This document shows positions 60,472-64,000 of a DNA stretch of 64,000 nt, piece after piece. The position numbers were made by a program, and so were the translations under genes. Source of the stretch: Trichoplax adhaerens (Eukaryota > Animalia > Placozoa); assembly GCF_000150275.1 (NCBI RefSeq), contig NW_002060967.1, positions 186,001 to 250,000 on the forward strand, in the 5' to 3' direction. The stretch's first letter is position 1. Each line of letters begins with the position of its first letter. The notes beneath the pieces were generated by a model, which saw only the letters and a program-made list of their open reading frames with translations, did not search any database and had not been told where the DNA came from.

Positions 60472-61399
60472 AAAAGATGGGCCTTTTTTAGTGTTATCAT
60501 TTTCCATCATAGTTAACCGCTGCGAAACGCAAATATCTGCTACTGGATGATTAGCAATCAAGTGCTGTAGCTGATTTAACAAATTCACGAAGTAGAAAAT
60601 GTAATTGCCAACGTAATATTGAAGATCGATATAATTTATGCTGTAGCATGCGTCTAAAGTATTGAAAGAATTCATATGTACATAAAATCCTGTAGAACTT
60701 ATTTGGAGATATTAATCAACACTTGATAGCAACCAAATGGAGTAGTCAAGGCGTTGTTTACTGTATGTGATTAGCCTAGAATTACTTGTTTTATTCATAT
60801 TTGTGAACGAGTAACACGTTAATTAGATTATCAACAACTACTGAAGCAATGATAACTTTAGAGATGTGGTAGAAGTAGTCATTTTGTTACAGTCATGATC
60901 ATTGTTGTTATTTTATTCGTAGCGACATTTTATATTCGATTGAATAATGCATAAAGTGTTTTATTGCTAATAATTTTTAATTAATTTGTTAAAAATGAAT
61001 AAAAATGAATTCATTTCAATACATTGGGTTTGAATTCTACGATTTTCATTGCGATATACAATCACCAGAAAGGCAAGTAAATAATCCATTATGATCTAAC
61101 TAACTATGGTGATTTATAAGGTAGAAATTATATCGCACTATAAAAGTAATTGTTCATTATTATAAATCGATTACTTTTTTAGGTTGTTACCAACAGCTTT
61201 AGTTACCCGAATACCGTTTTTACTTGATATGATTCCAATCAGACTATGGATTTAATTATTTTAACCCTCTATAGCGTAGTTTATAGAAGATCCAAAATTA
61301 TACTATACATATATAGCTATTTAAACAATACTAACGTTAATTAGATAGAATTTTAACGCGTTTACAATAATATACGTGTACAGAATTGACCTATTATCG

Positions 61400-64000
61400 T
61401 TTCTTATCAGCTAGGTATAGTTGCAATCGTTTACTTCCAGGGTATTGATAAATTATAATTAAAGATATGATAGTCGCAGTTACGGTCTTGCATTAAAGGG
61501 AAATTCAAACCATCATACCTCAAAGATGTTCTGTATATTTTTCGTTAAAGACGAAGAAATAACAGTCATTATGAATAGCATTAAGTTAGGAATCAGATAT
61601 TTATAGGAAAATCTATCCTTAGTAGACTGTAATCTGTAGCATTCAAGAATCTTTCGCATAAAATCATTTACATGATAATTACCCGAGCATAATGAAGAAA
61701 TTCATCTCAAGTTTGATTACAACTGCCATAAAACAGAGAAATTACAAATAAAGTAAACTAATAAAATCCATCCAACGCACGACTTCGCAAATGCGTACCT
61801 TTATACTCTTGGATTATAATCTAATGCAGAAGTGCTAAGAAATGTTATGCTAGAGCAACTTTTAAATCTAATGGGATTATCCCATTTCCTACTATCAACT
61901 ATTTCTCACCTACGAGGTCGTATTGGTAACTGAAATCCTAATATAATGATTATTGGTAAAATTTGCTTTTAAAAATTTTATGTCATAATATGTATTGTCG
62001 TTAAATGTCTGCCTCTTCCAGTAACTAAAATTAATAATTAGAATAAATTACAAGATGTTCAATTTAGATAGGAAACTGTTTAATCATACTAATATATGAT
62101 CATTAATGATCATCAGGCCAAGTTGGATAGATGAAGAAGGAAAGTCATGCGATCGATTTGAGTTGATGACTAAATAGAGTCCATACTATCTGTTGCAATA
62201 TCCCATTTCAGAAGGTGATAGGAGCAGTTAAAGACAAAGTACCAAATAAATATTGATAACGGAGCTTACTCATCTTTTTTGATATTTCGCTTTTCCTTGA
62301 TGTGTGAATAGGATAGACTATGAGCTACCTGTAATGATCGATTTTTGACAAAATGAATTATACTTCTTTCAATAAATTTCACTTTTGGCAATACTATATA
62401 ATCAATCTTTTCTTGAAATGGCTAAGGATAGCAATGAAGCAAGATTCACTACATACTATTATTAGCAGCTTATATATTATAAATTCTTGCTATATCATTC
62501 AACTTTCTTGAAGAATTTGCACCTGATCATAAGAGTTTATCAGGGCTAGGCTAGATTTCTTTCCGCCATCTCTCAATAATAACATTTAATGATAGCTTTA
62601 GCTACTCGTACATTACAGAATTTGAGTAGGTTAGCTATCAATTTAGCTACTTTACCGTGCATATAAACTAAGGAGTATATCAATTAAGCCTAAATTATGC
62701 CCAAAAATGAAATTAATCTATCCTGATTAGGATTGAAATCGTTTATAAGAATATAGAAAGACCATTTTCTGATTTATATGAACTAATTATACAATTAATC
62801 GAGAATGAATAAATCCAATCAAACAGATTAGTCATTATCGAACTTACATTAGGGAAGAAAAGAGTCTATTACAAGTCACTATGGGTCATTAATTATTTTA
62901 ATCAATCCCATTTGAGTTAAGTAAAAGAAAAGACAATTAGTAGATCTGAGTGAAAATCTGTAATATTATGCTTCGATTTAGTTAAAGGGATAGATTAAAC
63001 TACGAACAGTTGATAAATATCTTAATCAATCAGGCTAGAAAACCTCAATGGCGATCGATATTCAACAATGATTTATGTCAAAAATACAAATTGTCAACAT
63101 TTTATTAACATAATTTCATTTCAATGTGTGCCAACCAATTTAAAATGGATAATAATATAACTTACAGATGTAACACAAGAGATTAAAAAGAAGAAATTTT
63201 AGGGAATCTTTCAGAAATGACTAATGATGTAAAATGGTTTTGATTGATAATAAATTAAATGGATGATATCGAACCAGTTAGAATACAATTAGAAATAATT
63301 ACTGTAATTAATATACCACGAAGAAAATCTTGTCAATATTTTTTCTCATCCTTGTTTATCCATCCACTGATGCTTAAAACTTGAAAGTTAAGAAATAGGG
63401 TGAAAAATCTTTTGCATAATACTAGATGACTTTGAAGTTCCTCATTTTAGAGGCTAAAGGGAGTTAATTGATTGGTTGAGGAGCGAAATCGCTGATTCTG
63501 ATAGAAGAAATGTTGATTCAAATGATAATTTAGTGAAAGAAGATATAATTTCCAATGAACTTATTCTTGATATAGATAAAACATTTCTAGGCTGAGGTTC
63601 AAATATTAATAAATAATTCTTTAATATATTTGCAAGGATTTGCTCCGGATGAGCAAACAAATAATACTATGATCCTTAAACGAGTAACTTTTAAACCCAT
63701 TTACGTACTAAGAGTTTCGCGATAATTTTTATTAAATATGAAGATGGCCAAAACACTCAATCTTGGTAGGACAAGCCATTTTTATAGAATCCTGAGAATG
63801 GCGAAAAAGTGATTTTAAGACTTGCTGACAATCTCTTACTCAATACTTAATCTTTTGATAGTTATAAGGAGATGATCATGGATAAAAGGAGAAAGGAAGA
63901 GTTAACATAGCAAATGCTGAGACTTATACATGCTGCATACTTCGACGACTGGATTGAACTTTTGCAGCATTGTATTCAACTAATCGAAAACTCTGAACAA
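61400..64000 (+). pseudogene. Decayed LRR-GPCR (LGR)-like ectodomain relic, runs off the window
   Basis: LALKGN (~61490), LVDLSENL*...LKG*IKLRTVDKYLNQ (~62935-63030), SSF*RLKGVN*LVEERNR (~63440), ILRLADNLL (~63810), hinge-like ETYTCCILRR (~63920); numerous stops. Confidence 0.45.

Noticed and set aside
61790-62590. Minus-strand exon chain (MLLLRDGGKK..|VAHSLSYSHIKEKR..)
   Set aside because: Could not be extended in phase; the region is better explained by the plus-strand LRR relic

Overview
AT-rich eukaryotic (animal) genomic DNA with many short GT-AG introns; composition, intron size and gene content suggest a placozoan (Trichoplax-like) source, which is my inference. All gene models were spliced by hand. 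The left half (1-30.6 kb, + strand) holds a tandem cluster of cytokine-receptor-like genes: a partial, apparently TM-less IL-17R-ectodomain-like gene, two single-pass receptors with cytoplasmic SEFIR/TIR-like domains (one with an anosmin-like Cys-rich N-terminus, one with duplicated ITIM-like motifs), and a paralogue that shares the FN3-like ectodomain module but has an NPxY tail and no SEFIR. Between them lie heavily decayed LRR / LRR-GPCR (LGR) relics and three degenerate tandem arrays. The right half has an unrecognised multi-exon minus-strand gene, divergent from an intronless PPP1R15 (GADD34/CReP family) gene with an apparently conserved uORF. It also has PHF21 (BHC80 family, -) head-to-head with NUP50 (+), and another LGR relic at the right edge.
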